Assembly (NCBI GenBank): GCA_045536125.1
Contig: JAZSMX010000161.1
Coordinates: 1 to 47,410, forward strand
DNA length: 47,410 nt
Direction of reading: 5' to 3'
Source: Eubacteriales bacterium
Lineage (GTDB): Bacteria > Bacillota > Clostridia > Oscillospirales > CAG-272
Part shown: piece after piece, positions 19,720 through 29,544 of the stretch
How the letters are laid out: every line of letters begins with the position of its first letter
Position numbering within the stretch: the first letter of the stretch is position 1
Program-made: the position numbers and the translations under genes
Notes under the pieces: generated by a model
The model's database searches: none
What the model saw: the letters and a program-made list of their open reading frames with translations, nothing else
What the model was told of the DNA's origin: nothing

Positions 19720-21096
19720 TCAAAGTGTAACGCCGTCCTTGAAAATAGCAATTTCTCCAAACCCCTTTTCTTCCGCAAGTGTCCGTTTTCCATCGGAAAC
19801 TTCTATGCAAAGTGCCAAAAGCTCCTCTGCCATTGCATCCATATCCCCGAGAGCGAGAAGCCTTCCCGCATCAAAATCAATCCAATGTGGCTTTTTCATC
19901 GCAAGAGGTGTGTTGGTGGAAATTTTCAGTGTAGGGATCACCGAGGAAAGCGGTGTCCCTCTTCCCGTTGTAAAGAGGATCAGATGCGCCCCGGAGGCAG
20001 CAAGATCGGTTACTGCCACCATATCGTTTCCCGGTCCGTTGACAAGATAAAGACCGCCCGAAGCATTCGGAAGCTCACCGAAATCCAACGCGCCGCACAA
20101 AGGAAGCTGTCCCGCTTTTTGCACACATCCGAGAGATTTCTCCTCAAGCGTCGTAATTCCCCCTTCGATATTTCCCGGTGAGGGATTGTCAGCAATGCCT
20201 TCACCGTGTGCGATGAAATAGGCGCGAAACGCTCGGATCATTTCAGCCGCAGATTCAAACGCCTCACGGTCACGCGCGCGAGAAAGCAGAAGCTGCTCCG
20301 CACCGAAGACCTCGGGCAGCTCACTCATAAGAACCGTTCCACCGTATCTTCCGAAGAGCTCCATCGTCCTCCCAACCAAGGGGTTCGCTGTGATTCCGCT
20401 GTATCCGTCGCTTCCACCGCACTTGACGGCGATACGAAGCGCGGAAAGCGGCATGGACACGCGAATGTCCTTTTGCATCAACTCCTTCAATTCAAAGAGA
20501 ATGTTTTCCCCTTCAAGAAACTCGTCCTCGCAGTCCTGCAAGGAAAGGAAGCGCACCCGTTCCCGATCGTAAACTCCCAGCATCCTCTTTAGGTCTTCCA
20601 TGCGGTTGTTTTCGCACCCCAACCCTAACACAAGAACGCCTCCCGCGTTGGGGTGCTTGATCAATCCGCAAAGAATTTTTTGCGTGGTCAAAAGGTCTCC
20701 CCCAAGCTGTGAGCATCCGTAAGGATGAACAAGCGCTTTTGCATCGCACCTTGCCGCCAGCTCTCGGGCAACGTCATTGATGCATCCGACCAAGGGGACG
20801 ATCCAAAGCTCGTTTCTAATACCGACGTCTCCGTTTTTGCGAAGATATCCCTTGAACGTTCCCTGAAGATCTCCGATCCGTGAGGTCCCAGAGGGCGAGT
20901 ACGTCCATTCACCAAGTCCCTGCAGAGCCGAACGAAGATTAATGGGAGACACCTTCTCTCCATCGGAAATATCCGCTGTCGCCATACCGATGGGAAAGCC
21001 GTATTTGATGACGGATTCTCCCCTTCGAATCTCGCGCAAGGCATATTTTTGACCGTCCCCGCGCACCTCAACGTTATCTGACGGATGAATCCGCAT
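19720..21096 (-). CDS. uxaA: Altronate dehydratase
   Basis: SAF domain (IKYGFPIG), VGIRNELWI, HPYGCSQLG, HPNAGGVLVLGLGCENN, KCGGSDG, NPSPGNIEGGITTLEEKSLG, FTTGRGTP, EIAIFKDGVTL. Confidence 0.95.
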   Translation of the reverse strand: MRIHPSDNVEVRGDGQKYALREIRRGESVIKYGFPIGMATADISDGEKVSPINLRSALQGLGEWTYSPSGTSRIGDLQGTFKGYLRKNGDVGIRNELWIVPLVGCINDVARELAARCDAKALVHPYGCSQLGGDLLTTQKILCGLIKHPNAGGVLVLGLGCENNRMEDLKRMLGVYDRERVRFLSLQDCEDEFLEGENILFELKELMQKDIRVSMPLSALRIAVKCGGSDGYSGITANPLVGRTMELFGRYGGTVLMSELPEVFGAEQLLLSRARDREAFESAAEMIRAFRAYFIAHGEGIADNPSPGNIEGGITTLEEKSLGCVQKAGQLPLCGALDFGELPNASGGLYLVNGPGNDMVAVTDLAASGAHLILFTTGRGTPLSSVIPTLKISTNTPLAMKKPHWIDFDAGRLLALGDMDAMAEELLALCIEVSDGKRTLAEEKGFGEIAIFKDGVTL

Positions 21097-22366
21097 ATCG
21101 CTCGACCTCCTCCGTCATCTCGGAAAGATCCTCTCCCCAGAAGGAAGTGTTGGAAAGAATCTCTCTCACCGTGGACGATTTCATCACTTCTATGACGGCG
21201 ACATCATCCTTCGGAGTTCCGTTTTTGTAAAAATCAATCAGCTTTCCAAAGGAGAACATCAGCCTTGCGGGATAAGTGCCGTATCTCTTGCGGTATTCCA
21301 GGATGGACGGAAGCACGCGCACACGGAATTTACTGACGGAATTGAGGGAGATCGCCGCAAGATAATGCTTGATGTAAGGATTGGAAAAGCGAAGCAATAC
21401 GTTCTCTGCGTATTCCTCGAGTTCTTCCTTGGAAAGATCCAACGTGGGAATGATCTCTTCAAAGAGGCAACCTCTGACAAAAGTCTGCATTTTTTCGTCA
21501 TCCATGCAGGATTTCACGGTATCAAATCCCAAAAGAAGGGCGTACGGCACCATGGAGGTGTGCGCACCGTTGAGAATCCGTACCTTCCTTGTGCGATAAC
21601 GCTCCAGTGCATTCCGTGTTACGATAACGTTCAAGCCCGCACGGGAAAACGGAAGCTCCTTTTCAATGTCATAATCGGTTTCGATCACCCAAAGATGAAA
21701 ATACTCCGATGCATTGATTATGCGGTCTTCAAATCCTACGTCGATGGATTCTTCCTTGGGATATCCCGTATTGATACGGTCTACCAATGTATTGCAAAAG
21801 ACGTTTTCGCGCTCGATCCACGTCTCAAACGCATCTCCGAGCTTCCAGAGTCGTCCATATCGGAGAACAGCTTCCTTCAGGTGATCTCCGTTACGGTCGA
21901 TCAGCTCGCACGGAAGGAATACAAATCCGTCAAGACCAAGCTCAAATCTTCTTTTTAAAAGGAGCGTCAGCTTTGCGGGAAAGGTTGCGGGCGGAAGATC
22001 GGTCGGGCGGTCATTTGCACGGAATTCAATTCCCGACTCGGTGGTGTTGGAAATAATGAAGCGCGCCTCGACAATCTCAGCAAGACGCAAATAGGAATCA
22101 AAATCCTCATACGGTTTGACGCAGGTTTCGATCACGTCAATCTTCGTCATCTCAACCCCCTCAGCGCCTCTGATCACATGGGTATAAACGTTCCCTTGTG
22201 CCGAAAGCTGATCGCACATTCCTTCCTTGATCGGCTGAACCACAGCCACACCACCGTCAAAAAGCCCCTCATCGTTCAATTTTTGAAGCATCCAATCGGC
22301 AAATCCTCTTAGAAATCCACCCTCGCCAAACTGAATCACGCGAATCGGTCTCTTCATTTCTTTCAT
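21074..22366 (-). CDS. uxaB: Tagaturonate reductase (altronate oxidoreductase)
   Basis: IQFGEGGFLRGFADW, ISNTTESGI, FPAKLT, LPCELIDRNG, NTLVDRI, RKVRILNGAHT, RFSNPYIKH. Confidence 0.93.
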   Translation of the reverse strand: MKEMKRPIRVIQFGEGGFLRGFADWMLQKLNDEGLFDGGVAVVQPIKEGMCDQLSAQGNVYTHVIRGAEGVEMTKIDVIETCVKPYEDFDSYLRLAEIVEARFIISNTTESGIEFRANDRPTDLPPATFPAKLTLLLKRRFELGLDGFVFLPCELIDRNGDHLKEAVLRYGRLWKLGDAFETWIERENVFCNTLVDRINTGYPKEESIDVGFEDRIINASEYFHLWVIETDYDIEKELPFSRAGLNVIVTRNALERYRTRKVRILNGAHTSMVPYALLLGFDTVKSCMDDEKMQTFVRGCLFEEIIPTLDLSKEELEEYAENVLLRFSNPYIKHYLAAISLNSVSKFRVRVLPSILEYRKRYGTYPARLMFSFGKLIDFYKNGTPKDDVAVIEVMKSSTVREILSNTSFWGEDLSEMTEEVERYADSSVR

Positions 22367-22383
22367 ATACTGTTTTCTCCTAA

Positions 22384-24099
22384 TCACAGTTTGTTTTCAT
22401 TGGCAAACAAACAGTATTTTTCCTTTGCCATGCGATAAGCGAGCTTCGGCTTGCGGTGCTCGTTCAAAAGCCCCTTGTTGTTAAATCCGCGCGCGCGATT
22501 GATTCCCGCCTCAAGACATGTGCGGATATCGGCAAACTGCCAGATAAAGCTTCCCGCCACGCGGGGATGCGCGTGGAAAACGTCCAACGCATGTCCCAGC
22601 TGCGCAGCCTGGTTTTCTTCGCTCCACAAAATATCCTCTTCATCGTGGCAGCCGTAAAGTGCAGCACCTCCGAATTCGCTCATCACAATAAGCTTGTCGG
22701 AAAGGCCGAGAGTTTCGATATGTGCCGTGAATTTTTCAAGGAAGCGCTCCCATGCATCTGCCTCATAGCCGTAATACCAACCGTAATACTGGTTCAGACA
22801 GATCACGTCGCAAAGCTCGAAACAAATGTCCTCCCACGGCTTATCGGAGGCGTAGACCACCGCGCGGTTTCCGCCGTGCTCCTTCAAATAAGCATAGTAG
22901 CGTTCGGTCATTTGATATGCCGCTTTGGTTTTGAGTTGAATTTCATTGTGCATTCCCCAAAAAATAATACACGGATGATGATAATACTGAGACAGCATCT
23001 CGCGATGCATTTCAAGTCCGCGCTCCACGACCACGGGATCTGCCAACGCTTCCTCCGAAAAGCCCCAACCCCAAATCGGGATCTCACTCCAAAACAGAAT
23101 ACCGCGTGCATCCAGCATGTCCAGAAAGATCTTTGAATTGGGATAATGAGAGCCGCGGATCGCGTTACACCCCATCTCAAGGATCAGATCGATATCTCGC
23201 TTCATCAAGCCTTCCGGGAAGGCAAAACCCCAGTCGGGATGCTCCTCGTGACGGTTGACGCCGCGAATTTCAAAAGGCTTTCCGTTCAGAAAAAGTCCCT
23301 CAGCCTTCACGTCAAGACGGCGAAATCCGACACGATCAAACAAATCGTCCCCACAAGAGGAGATCTGCAAAGTATAGAGATTGGGGCATCCGATGTCCCA
23401 AAGCTCGACTCCGTGCATTTCAAAGGCAGGAAGTGTAACCCGTCTTCGCTCCTTTGCCTCCAGCGACACATCGATCGTCCCCACGGAAAACGACTCCAAC
23501 GCAGCAGAAATACGATCGGTACACGGTGTCTCGGATGCGTTGCAAAGCTCCAGCGTCAAAGCCCCGCGCACACTCGAAAGGTCCTCCGAAAGTGTGTATT
23601 CAAGGCGACTTGCCAAAATACAGATTCCCCGCAAGATCTCCACGGACACCGAGCGTATAATTCCACCGTAATGATACCAATCCACTCTGGCTTGCGGAAT
23701 CGACTGAGCATCAAAGCGATTATCCACGCGAACCGTCAACGTGTGCCAACCCTCCGACACACCGTATACAATAAAATCAAATGCCGAAAAGCCTCCGTAA
23801 TGTTGCCCCAAGGCTTCCCCGTCAAGCCATACAGAGGCTTCGGTCATCACCGCCCCGAAGGCAATGCGAAGCGTTCCCCCTTCGCTGTAAAAGCGCTTTT
23901 CGTACCACGCTGCCCCCTCATAGGTAAGACTTCCCTTTTCGGTGTTCCATACGGAAGGAATTGTTGTGGTTTCACGGGTAGGAACTCCCCGATACCATGC
24001 ATGTGAGAGTCCCTTGTCGCAAGGGTCTTTCAAAAAGATCCATGTGCCGTCAAGAGAGCAAATTTTTCTTTTTACGTGTTCATCAAACAGTCTCTTCAT
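22384..24099 (-). CDS. GH2 beta-hexuronidase (beta-glucuronidase/beta-galacturonidase)
   Basis: DWYHYGGI, GVNRHE, RGSHYP, catalytic HNE and MSEFG, NQYYGWY, WQFAD and the uronate-binding NxKG motif (FNNKG). Confidence 0.88.
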   Translation of the reverse strand: MKRLFDEHVKRKICSLDGTWIFLKDPCDKGLSHAWYRGVPTRETTTIPSVWNTEKGSLTYEGAAWYEKRFYSEGGTLRIAFGAVMTEASVWLDGEALGQHYGGFSAFDFIVYGVSEGWHTLTVRVDNRFDAQSIPQARVDWYHYGGIIRSVSVEILRGICILASRLEYTLSEDLSSVRGALTLELCNASETPCTDRISAALESFSVGTIDVSLEAKERRRVTLPAFEMHGVELWDIGCPNLYTLQISSCGDDLFDRVGFRRLDVKAEGLFLNGKPFEIRGVNRHEEHPDWGFAFPEGLMKRDIDLILEMGCNAIRGSHYPNSKIFLDMLDARGILFWSEIPIWGWGFSEEALADPVVVERGLEMHREMLSQYYHHPCIIFWGMHNEIQLKTKAAYQMTERYYAYLKEHGGNRAVVYASDKPWEDICFELCDVICLNQYYGWYYGYEADAWERFLEKFTAHIETLGLSDKLIVMSEFGGAALYGCHDEEDILWSEENQAAQLGHALDVFHAHPRVAGSFIWQFADIRTCLEAGINRARGFNNKGLLNEHRKPKLAYRMAKEKYCLFANENKL

Positions 24100-24122
24100 C
24101 CTCACCCCTCCAGTCTGTATTC

Positions 24123-24252
24123 ATTATAAAGCAAAGCTAACGATAAAGCAATATAAAATCGTTCATTACATTTTCAAATCGTTCATTTATTTTATGTTTT
24201 TCAAAAAATAAAGCCGCAAGCTATTGAAAATCATTCAAGCATATGATAAAAT
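24123..24252. promoter_or_regulatory. Divergent promoters with AraC-type tandem repeats
   Basis: Minus TTGCTT-17-TATAAT (24151-24123); aaatcgttcatt at 24156 and 24176; plus TTGAAA-17-TAAAAT (24224-24252). Confidence 0.65.
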
Positions 24253-24285
24253 AAAGCGAACACAATTCAACTAAGGAGTCCCACC

Positions 24286-25125
24286 ATGCCAACCAATCTG
24301 GAAAACCTTCAATACAGAAAAGACTGGAACGATTGCACAGTCGATTATTACGAGGGCTACCGACATACCATGGTAGACTTTCATATGCATGATTATTATG
24401 AAATCAGCCTGATTCTGGCGGGAAGCGTCAAGGTTCTCCTTCCCGATCACGTTCAGGAAGGGGTGGAATCAAGACTGGTATTGACCGCACCGAAAACACC
24501 TCACTTTATCTCCCGGAATCCGGATATTTTCTACAGCCGCCTCAATCTTTTGTTTGCCCACAGCTTTATTGAAAATTACGTTCCCGAGGTCAATCGCATT
24601 CTGTCGGTCTTCGGAGAACGCGGAAAAGTGATTCTTTTGGAATCCTCGCAAAAAGAGCTATTGTATGCAAAGATCCAAGAAATTTCCGAGGAACACGATA
24701 CCTTCCGCAAACGCTTGATGCTCCTGTGTCTCCTCTCCCACATTTCCGAAATGGGAATGGAAGAGAACAGTGCCTCCGTGGTCCCGACACACGTCACAGA
24801 AGCCTTGACCTATATCAGCAAGCATTACTCCGAAAAAATACTTGCCGCCGACTTAGCTTGGCGTTTAGGAGTCGGACGCACCACCTTGATGACCTCCTTC
24901 AAGGCATACACGGGAAGCACTCTCAATGAGCACATCATTCAATGCCGCACCAAAAATGCCCTTCACCTTTTGCGGACGGGAATCACAGAGCAGGAAGCGG
25001 CGGAGCGCTGCGGCTTTGGGGATGCCTGTAATCTCATTCGCAGCTTCAAGAAGTGCTACGGAGAAACGCCGCGAAGATACCTCAACCTTGAAAACAGAGA
25101 AAAGAAGGCGAAATCCGCCCATTAA
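24286..25125 (+). CDS. AraC family transcriptional regulator
   Basis: Cupin motif FHMHDYYEI; C-terminal double HTH (AAERCGFGDACNLIRSFKKCYGETP). Confidence 0.92.
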   Translation: MPTNLENLQYRKDWNDCTVDYYEGYRHTMVDFHMHDYYEISLILAGSVKVLLPDHVQEGVESRLVLTAPKTPHFISRNPDIFYSRLNLLFAHSFIENYVPEVNRILSVFGERGKVILLESSQKELLYAKIQEISEEHDTFRKRLMLLCLLSHISEMGMEENSASVVPTHVTEALTYISKHYSEKILAADLAWRLGVGRTTLMTSFKAYTGSTLNEHIIQCRTKNALHLLRTGITEQEAAERCGFGDACNLIRSFKKCYGETPRRYLNLENREKKAKSAH

Positions 25126-25148
25126 ATCGGATTTCGCCTTCTTTTTTT
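25101..25148. terminator. Bidirectional terminator overlapping the araC stop
   Basis: aaagaaggcgaaatccg / cggatttcgccttcttt followed by a T-run. Confidence 0.8.
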
Positions 25149-25157
25149 GTTGTTCTG

Positions 25158-25646
25158 TTAAGCAATGGCATCGGGATGCAGATATTGAATTTGGGAGACA
25201 CGTCCGCTATTTGAAATGTTAAAGCGAAGATACATATTCCCCGCACGGTAAATCAACGCATTCCCCTTTTCCTCGGTAGGATTTCCGTAAGCCTCGGTCA
25301 CCGCATCACGCGCGTTTCCGATCCGCACCCCCTCGGCAGTTGCTACCGTATCGTCAAACAAAGTGATCTTGTATACGTAATCCTTTCCGTTTTTAGGATA
25401 GGTTTCTACCTCAAGCTTTGTTCCGTAATAATAAAAATGTGCATCCCCGTCGTGATTACAGGAAGGAGAGGTTTCGTGGCGGTCATACCTACCAAGCGCC
25501 GCCAAAGCGGAGGACATCTCCATGTCAACGGAAATTTCAGAGCCGTTATATTTGAACGCATATGCTTTTGAGCTTCCCCCTGCCGCACAAGCCACAGAGG
25601 CAAGGAGCATCAGAACACAAAGTGCCAAAGACAGTATTTTTTTCAT
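25158..25646 (-). CDS. Lipoprotein of unknown function
   Basis: 162 aa; signal peptide with lipobox ASVAC; GVRIG...VTEAYG motif; start overlaps the upstream stop. Confidence 0.75.
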   Translation of the reverse strand: MKKILSLALCVLMLLASVACAAGGSSKAYAFKYNGSEISVDMEMSSALAALGRYDRHETSPSCNHDGDAHFYYYGTKLEVETYPKNGKDYVYKITLFDDTVATAEGVRIGNARDAVTEAYGNPTEEKGNALIYRAGNMYLRFNISNSGRVSQIQYLHPDAIA

Positions 25647-26668
25647 GATTCGCCATTCCTTTCATTTTTGTACCGTTCAAGCTTCTGTTCCCAAGCTTCA
25701 TTCGTATCGTCCTCCGATCTCCGATCGGAAAGGCCGTATTCCGTTTTCAGAATATTCCCAAAATAGGAGGTCAGCTTCTCAGCTCCGTATACGTTGAGAT
25801 GCGCCCCTTGGTCATGCGTATCCGTGCTCCAATCGATTCCGATCTCATCGCAAAGCAGAATGAAATTGTAATAGTCCAATCCGTGTTCTTCGGCATAGGA
25901 AACGATCTGCGCGTCCCATTCGTCGTACCAATAGTATCCGCGGGTATTGGTCGGTGCTTTGATCAGAACCAGCTCCGCGCCCTTTTCTTTGCAAAGTGCA
26001 TGCATTTTATCAAGATATTCAAAGCAGATTTGCGGGAGCTCATATTCATCGGGCTGGGGCACCAAAATAGGATCCGTAGACTTCGGAGCGATCCCCGTAT
26101 TCATCAAATACCCGTTGTGGGACACCGTATCCCTTTGGAAGAGATACTCAAAATCCTCTCCCGACAGCTGATTCCAACGGCTGTGAAAGCGCAAGATTGG
26201 AAAGACGTAGGAGAGAAAGCTTTCTTCCTCGGTCATGGAAGCGCGGATCGAATTGAATTTCGCCTGTGACCATTTCATCCCGTCCAAGGTTTTGCGGTTT
26301 GCCGCTTCATCCTGAGGCGTTCCGTACTTCATCGCGTAGACGTTGAAAACCACAACGCGGGGCGTTTCCGTCTCCAACATTTCTTCAAGAAGATAATAGG
26401 ATTGCCAGATCAATTGCTGTGCGCTGCCGCGCACAAAGGAGGTAATCCCGTATTCCTCCCAAAGAGTTGGGGGCGTAAAGGATTCATAGACCTCGCAGTC
26501 ACCGACAAACAGAACGTCGTTGCCGCCCGAGTCTTTGTAGTATTCCCCGATCAGCGCACCCTCGCGAAAATCGGTCATATATTTCGGTATCAGCACCGCT
26601 TGAAAAATGCCCAACAAAAGCACGGTGACAAGCAAGATACAGACACAGAGAATGATTGTTTTCTTCAT
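25643..26668 (-). CDS. Membrane-anchored SGNH-like acyltransferase (DltD/AlgJ/PatB-like) with a GDC motif
   Basis: N-terminal TM; block I VLFVGDCE, QQLIWQSYYLL, block V DQGAHLN; downstream of an MBOAT gene. Confidence 0.8.
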   Translation of the reverse strand: MKKTIILCVCILLVTVLLLGIFQAVLIPKYMTDFREGALIGEYYKDSGGNDVLFVGDCEVYESFTPPTLWEEYGITSFVRGSAQQLIWQSYYLLEEMLETETPRVVVFNVYAMKYGTPQDEAANRKTLDGMKWSQAKFNSIRASMTEEESFLSYVFPILRFHSRWNQLSGEDFEYLFQRDTVSHNGYLMNTGIAPKSTDPILVPQPDEYELPQICFEYLDKMHALCKEKGAELVLIKAPTNTRGYYWYDEWDAQIVSYAEEHGLDYYNFILLCDEIGIDWSTDTHDQGAHLNVYGAEKLTSYFGNILKTEYGLSDRRSEDDTNEAWEQKLERYKNERNGES

Positions 26669-26713
26669 GAAAGATCCTTCGTTTATGTACTTGGCACAAG
26701 ACGTGCCGTTTGA

Positions 26714-28306
26714 TTAGAATTGCGAATAAATAAACTGATTTGCATCATATCCGATGCCGTATGATCCAAAGATCACGATGACCGTAAAGATCAAACAGAT
26801 CAAGGCGAACCACAGAACAACGGATTTTGAGGCAATGCGGTAACGCACGGGTGTTTCCTTTCCTGCGCGGCTGACAAAAAACACAATGACAGCACTCAGA
26901 AGAATCACCGCAAAATCAAAATAGGAAAGCCCGAAGGAGAGAAGTCCGCCTTGGAAAAGCTCCCCGACGTTGAAAACTGTAACCATGCTTCCCCACTGAG
27001 AAAACGTGGTAGGGACATCGCGGTAGCAGTCCAGCGATCGGATCAGTCCCATCAAAAGGAAGGTACGAACGGCACACCATGCGCCCCATACTGAAGAAGA
27101 ACCCAACCGCGGGAATTTTTTATGGAAAACGCGGTAAAGCGGCTCCAACTCACGGGAGACGAGAATCACCAGGCAGTTAAGAAGTCCCCAAACAATAAAA
27201 TTCCATCCCGCACCGTGCCAAAGACCTGTCAAAAACCAAGTCACCACTGTGGCGAAATATACGGGAAGACGAAGACCGAGCGCGCGGCCGAATTTCTTGC
27301 ACGAAAAGGAAGAAAAGCGTTGCATCGGCTTGGAAACGGAGAGCGGATAAAAGACGTAATCCGTGAACCATGAGCCCATGGTAATGTGCCATCGATTCCA
27401 GTATTCCTTGGTGGATTTTGAGGAAAAGGGACGGTTGAAATTTTCCGTCAGCTTGATCCCCATCATTTCGGAAAGACCGATGGTAATGTCGATGCCACCT
27501 GTAAAATCACCGTAGATCTGCGCGGAGTACAAAAGGATCAGAAGAAGAACGTAAATTCCCTGATACTCCGACGGATTTTCGATCAACACCTTGATTCCCA
27601 CCATCGCGGTATCCGCCATCAACAGCTTTTTAAAATATCCCCACATCACGCGCAAAAATCCTGCGCGGAAGGAATACGCATCAAAGCGGTGAGGAGAAAT
27701 CAGTTGATCGTGTAAAGCGTCAAAGCGGCTGATCGGTCCTTGAAGAAGCTGCGGAAAGAAGGACACGAAGAGCAAAAGCTTACAGTAATTGCGCTCCGCA
27801 TGCACCTTCTTGCGGTAAACGTCGATCAGATACCCCATGGATTGGAAGGTATAGAAGGAGATGCCAAGCGGCAACAAGAGTGAAGGGACAGAGAAGCCCT
27901 CTCCACCGAAGAGCATTACCACGTCGCTGACAACGCCGACGGCAAACGCCGTGTATTTGAGGACCGCAAGCATACCAAGCCCCAGAACAAGACCTGACAA
28001 AAGCAAACGGAATCTCTTTTTCTTTTCCTTTGCGCGATATGCCTTTCGCGCCGCCTTGTCCATGTCCTCCCGATGCAATTCGACAAACGCGTCCTCCGCG
28101 TCCGCCCGCTTTTGCAAAAGACGTGAGATCACGTACGTGACGGTTGCCGTATAAAAGATGAAAAAGAAGAGCTCAATGCCGCACAGCGCATAAAAAACAA
28201 GGCCGGAAAGCAGGAGCACCCACCACTGCGCGCGCCTTGGAACCAGAAAGTATAACAGCAGCGTCAGGCAAGCAAAGAGCACAAACGCACCCGATGTAAA
28301 CAGCAT
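26714..28306 (-). CDS. MBOAT family O-acyltransferase (DltB/AlgI-like) with a fused C-terminal FIYxxF motif
   Basis: LPLGISFYTFQ, FFPQLLQGPI, WGYFKK, ENFNRPF, WNRWHITM, catalytic GLWHG; ends FIYSQF. Confidence 0.93.
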   Translation of the reverse strand: MLFTSGAFVLFACLTLLLYFLVPRRAQWWVLLLSGLVFYALCGIELFFFIFYTATVTYVISRLLQKRADAEDAFVELHREDMDKAARKAYRAKEKKKRFRLLLSGLVLGLGMLAVLKYTAFAVGVVSDVVMLFGGEGFSVPSLLLPLGISFYTFQSMGYLIDVYRKKVHAERNYCKLLLFVSFFPQLLQGPISRFDALHDQLISPHRFDAYSFRAGFLRVMWGYFKKLLMADTAMVGIKVLIENPSEYQGIYVLLLILLYSAQIYGDFTGGIDITIGLSEMMGIKLTENFNRPFSSKSTKEYWNRWHITMGSWFTDYVFYPLSVSKPMQRFSSFSCKKFGRALGLRLPVYFATVVTWFLTGLWHGAGWNFIVWGLLNCLVILVSRELEPLYRVFHKKFPRLGSSSVWGAWCAVRTFLLMGLIRSLDCYRDVPTTFSQWGSMVTVFNVGELFQGGLLSFGLSYFDFAVILLSAVIVFFVSRAGKETPVRYRIASKSVVLWFALICLIFTVIVIFGSYGIGYDANQFIYSQF

Positions 28307-28315
28307 ACCGACCGA

Positions 28316-28543
28316 TTATTCCTCGTCCAGTCTCTCAATCATCGCAAGGATGGTTTGCACGTTCTGGAAGTTTTCGGGGATCAGCTCCTCGGGGGGAACT
28401 TCAACGTCAAAGGTTTGCGAAATTTCGGTTACCAAGCGAACCATATCCAAGGAATCCAGCACACCCTCCTCGTAAAGATCGTCCACCGAAGAAAAATCCA
28501 CGTCGGGATGTAATTGGTTCAAAATTTGCAAAAGTGCTTCCAT
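28316..28543 (-). CDS. Acyl/aminoacyl carrier protein (DltC-like)
   Basis: 75 aa, acidic; GVLDSLDM phosphopantetheine Ser; PENF motif; AAAGGA RBS. Confidence 0.9.
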   Translation of the reverse strand: MEALLQILNQLHPDVDFSSVDDLYEEGVLDSLDMVRLVTEISQTFDVEVPPEELIPENFQNVQTILAMIERLDEE

Positions 28544-28601
28544 AACGATACGTTCCTTTCTGAAATTGATAATCTCGTCTGTATCATATAACTCTTATAT
28601 T

Positions 28602-28630
28602 ATTATACCTTGTTCTCTTCGCTCTGTCAA
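28602..28630 (-). promoter_or_regulatory. sigma-A promoter of the ACP-MBOAT operon
   Basis: Perfect TTGACA-17-TATAAT. Confidence 0.8.
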
Positions 28631-28663
28631 TGAAAAGATAGAAGAAAATTCAAAAAACAAGAG

Positions 28664-29479
28664 TTAAGAATAATACCTCTCGGTACATTGCTTACGGTAC
28701 TGCCCCGGAGTTATGTAGGTTTCTTTTTTAAATTGCTCGGTAAAATATGCCTGTGAGGAAAATCCGCACTCATACGCGATCTCAGACAGCGTTTTTTCGG
28801 GCTGCGCCAGCAAATATTTCGCGTGCCTCATTCTGACGTCCAAAAGATATCTTTGAGGTGTTTTCCCCATCACCGAGGTGAACAGATGGTGAAAATAATT
28901 GGGAGAATATCCCGTAACGTAAGCAATATCGGAAAGTGAAAGATCCTCTTTATAATGCTCACGAATAAACTCAACAGCGCGCGGAATCGCAGAATCGGTT
29001 TGTATGCGCCGTGCCGTATGCTCCAAATAATTCCGATTTCTCTGCGCATCCTTCTCCAGATAGTAAAACAGCTCCAAAAGCTTTGCGTTGACGTAGTCCG
29101 ACGTCGGAGAATAACCGACTCCAAGAAGGTGGCGGATCAGCTCTTCAAAGATCCGCCCGTAGACCTCGCGGTCGATAATGCGGTAAAAATTCGGAAGCGA
29201 ATCCAACAGAGCACGGTACGGAGAATCCTTCGGAAATTCTGCATGAATATAAAAGCAGCGGAAATCGAATACACTTCCCCTCACCTCTCCGGGCTTGGCA
29301 CAAATCAAGGTTCCGGGAGCAATATCATACACCCGTCCGTTCACAACGGCATGTCCCGACACCGCCGTATAAAACTCGATTTCATACTCCGTGACGTTGC
29401 GGGACACCGTTTTCCGCCGCCCCGGAAAAGCGGTCTTTGTATCAAAGATCCCATATTCCTTCAATCTGCAGATTTCCAT
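28664..29479 (-). CDS. AraC family transcriptional regulator
   Basis: Start ATG 29479 with a GGAGG RBS; EIAYECGFSSQAYFTEQFKKETYITPGQYR. Confidence 0.92.
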   Translation of the reverse strand: MEICRLKEYGIFDTKTAFPGRRKTVSRNVTEYEIEFYTAVSGHAVVNGRVYDIAPGTLICAKPGEVRGSVFDFRCFYIHAEFPKDSPYRALLDSLPNFYRIIDREVYGRIFEELIRHLLGVGYSPTSDYVNAKLLELFYYLEKDAQRNRNYLEHTARRIQTDSAIPRAVEFIREHYKEDLSLSDIAYVTGYSPNYFHHLFTSVMGKTPQRYLLDVRMRHAKYLLAQPEKTLSEIAYECGFSSQAYFTEQFKKETYITPGQYRKQCTERYYS

Positions 29480-29544
29480 ACCGTCCTCCCACCTTCCCCG
29501 ATTGTTGAAATTATAGCATATAAAGGAGAGAAAAGCAAGTCTCT

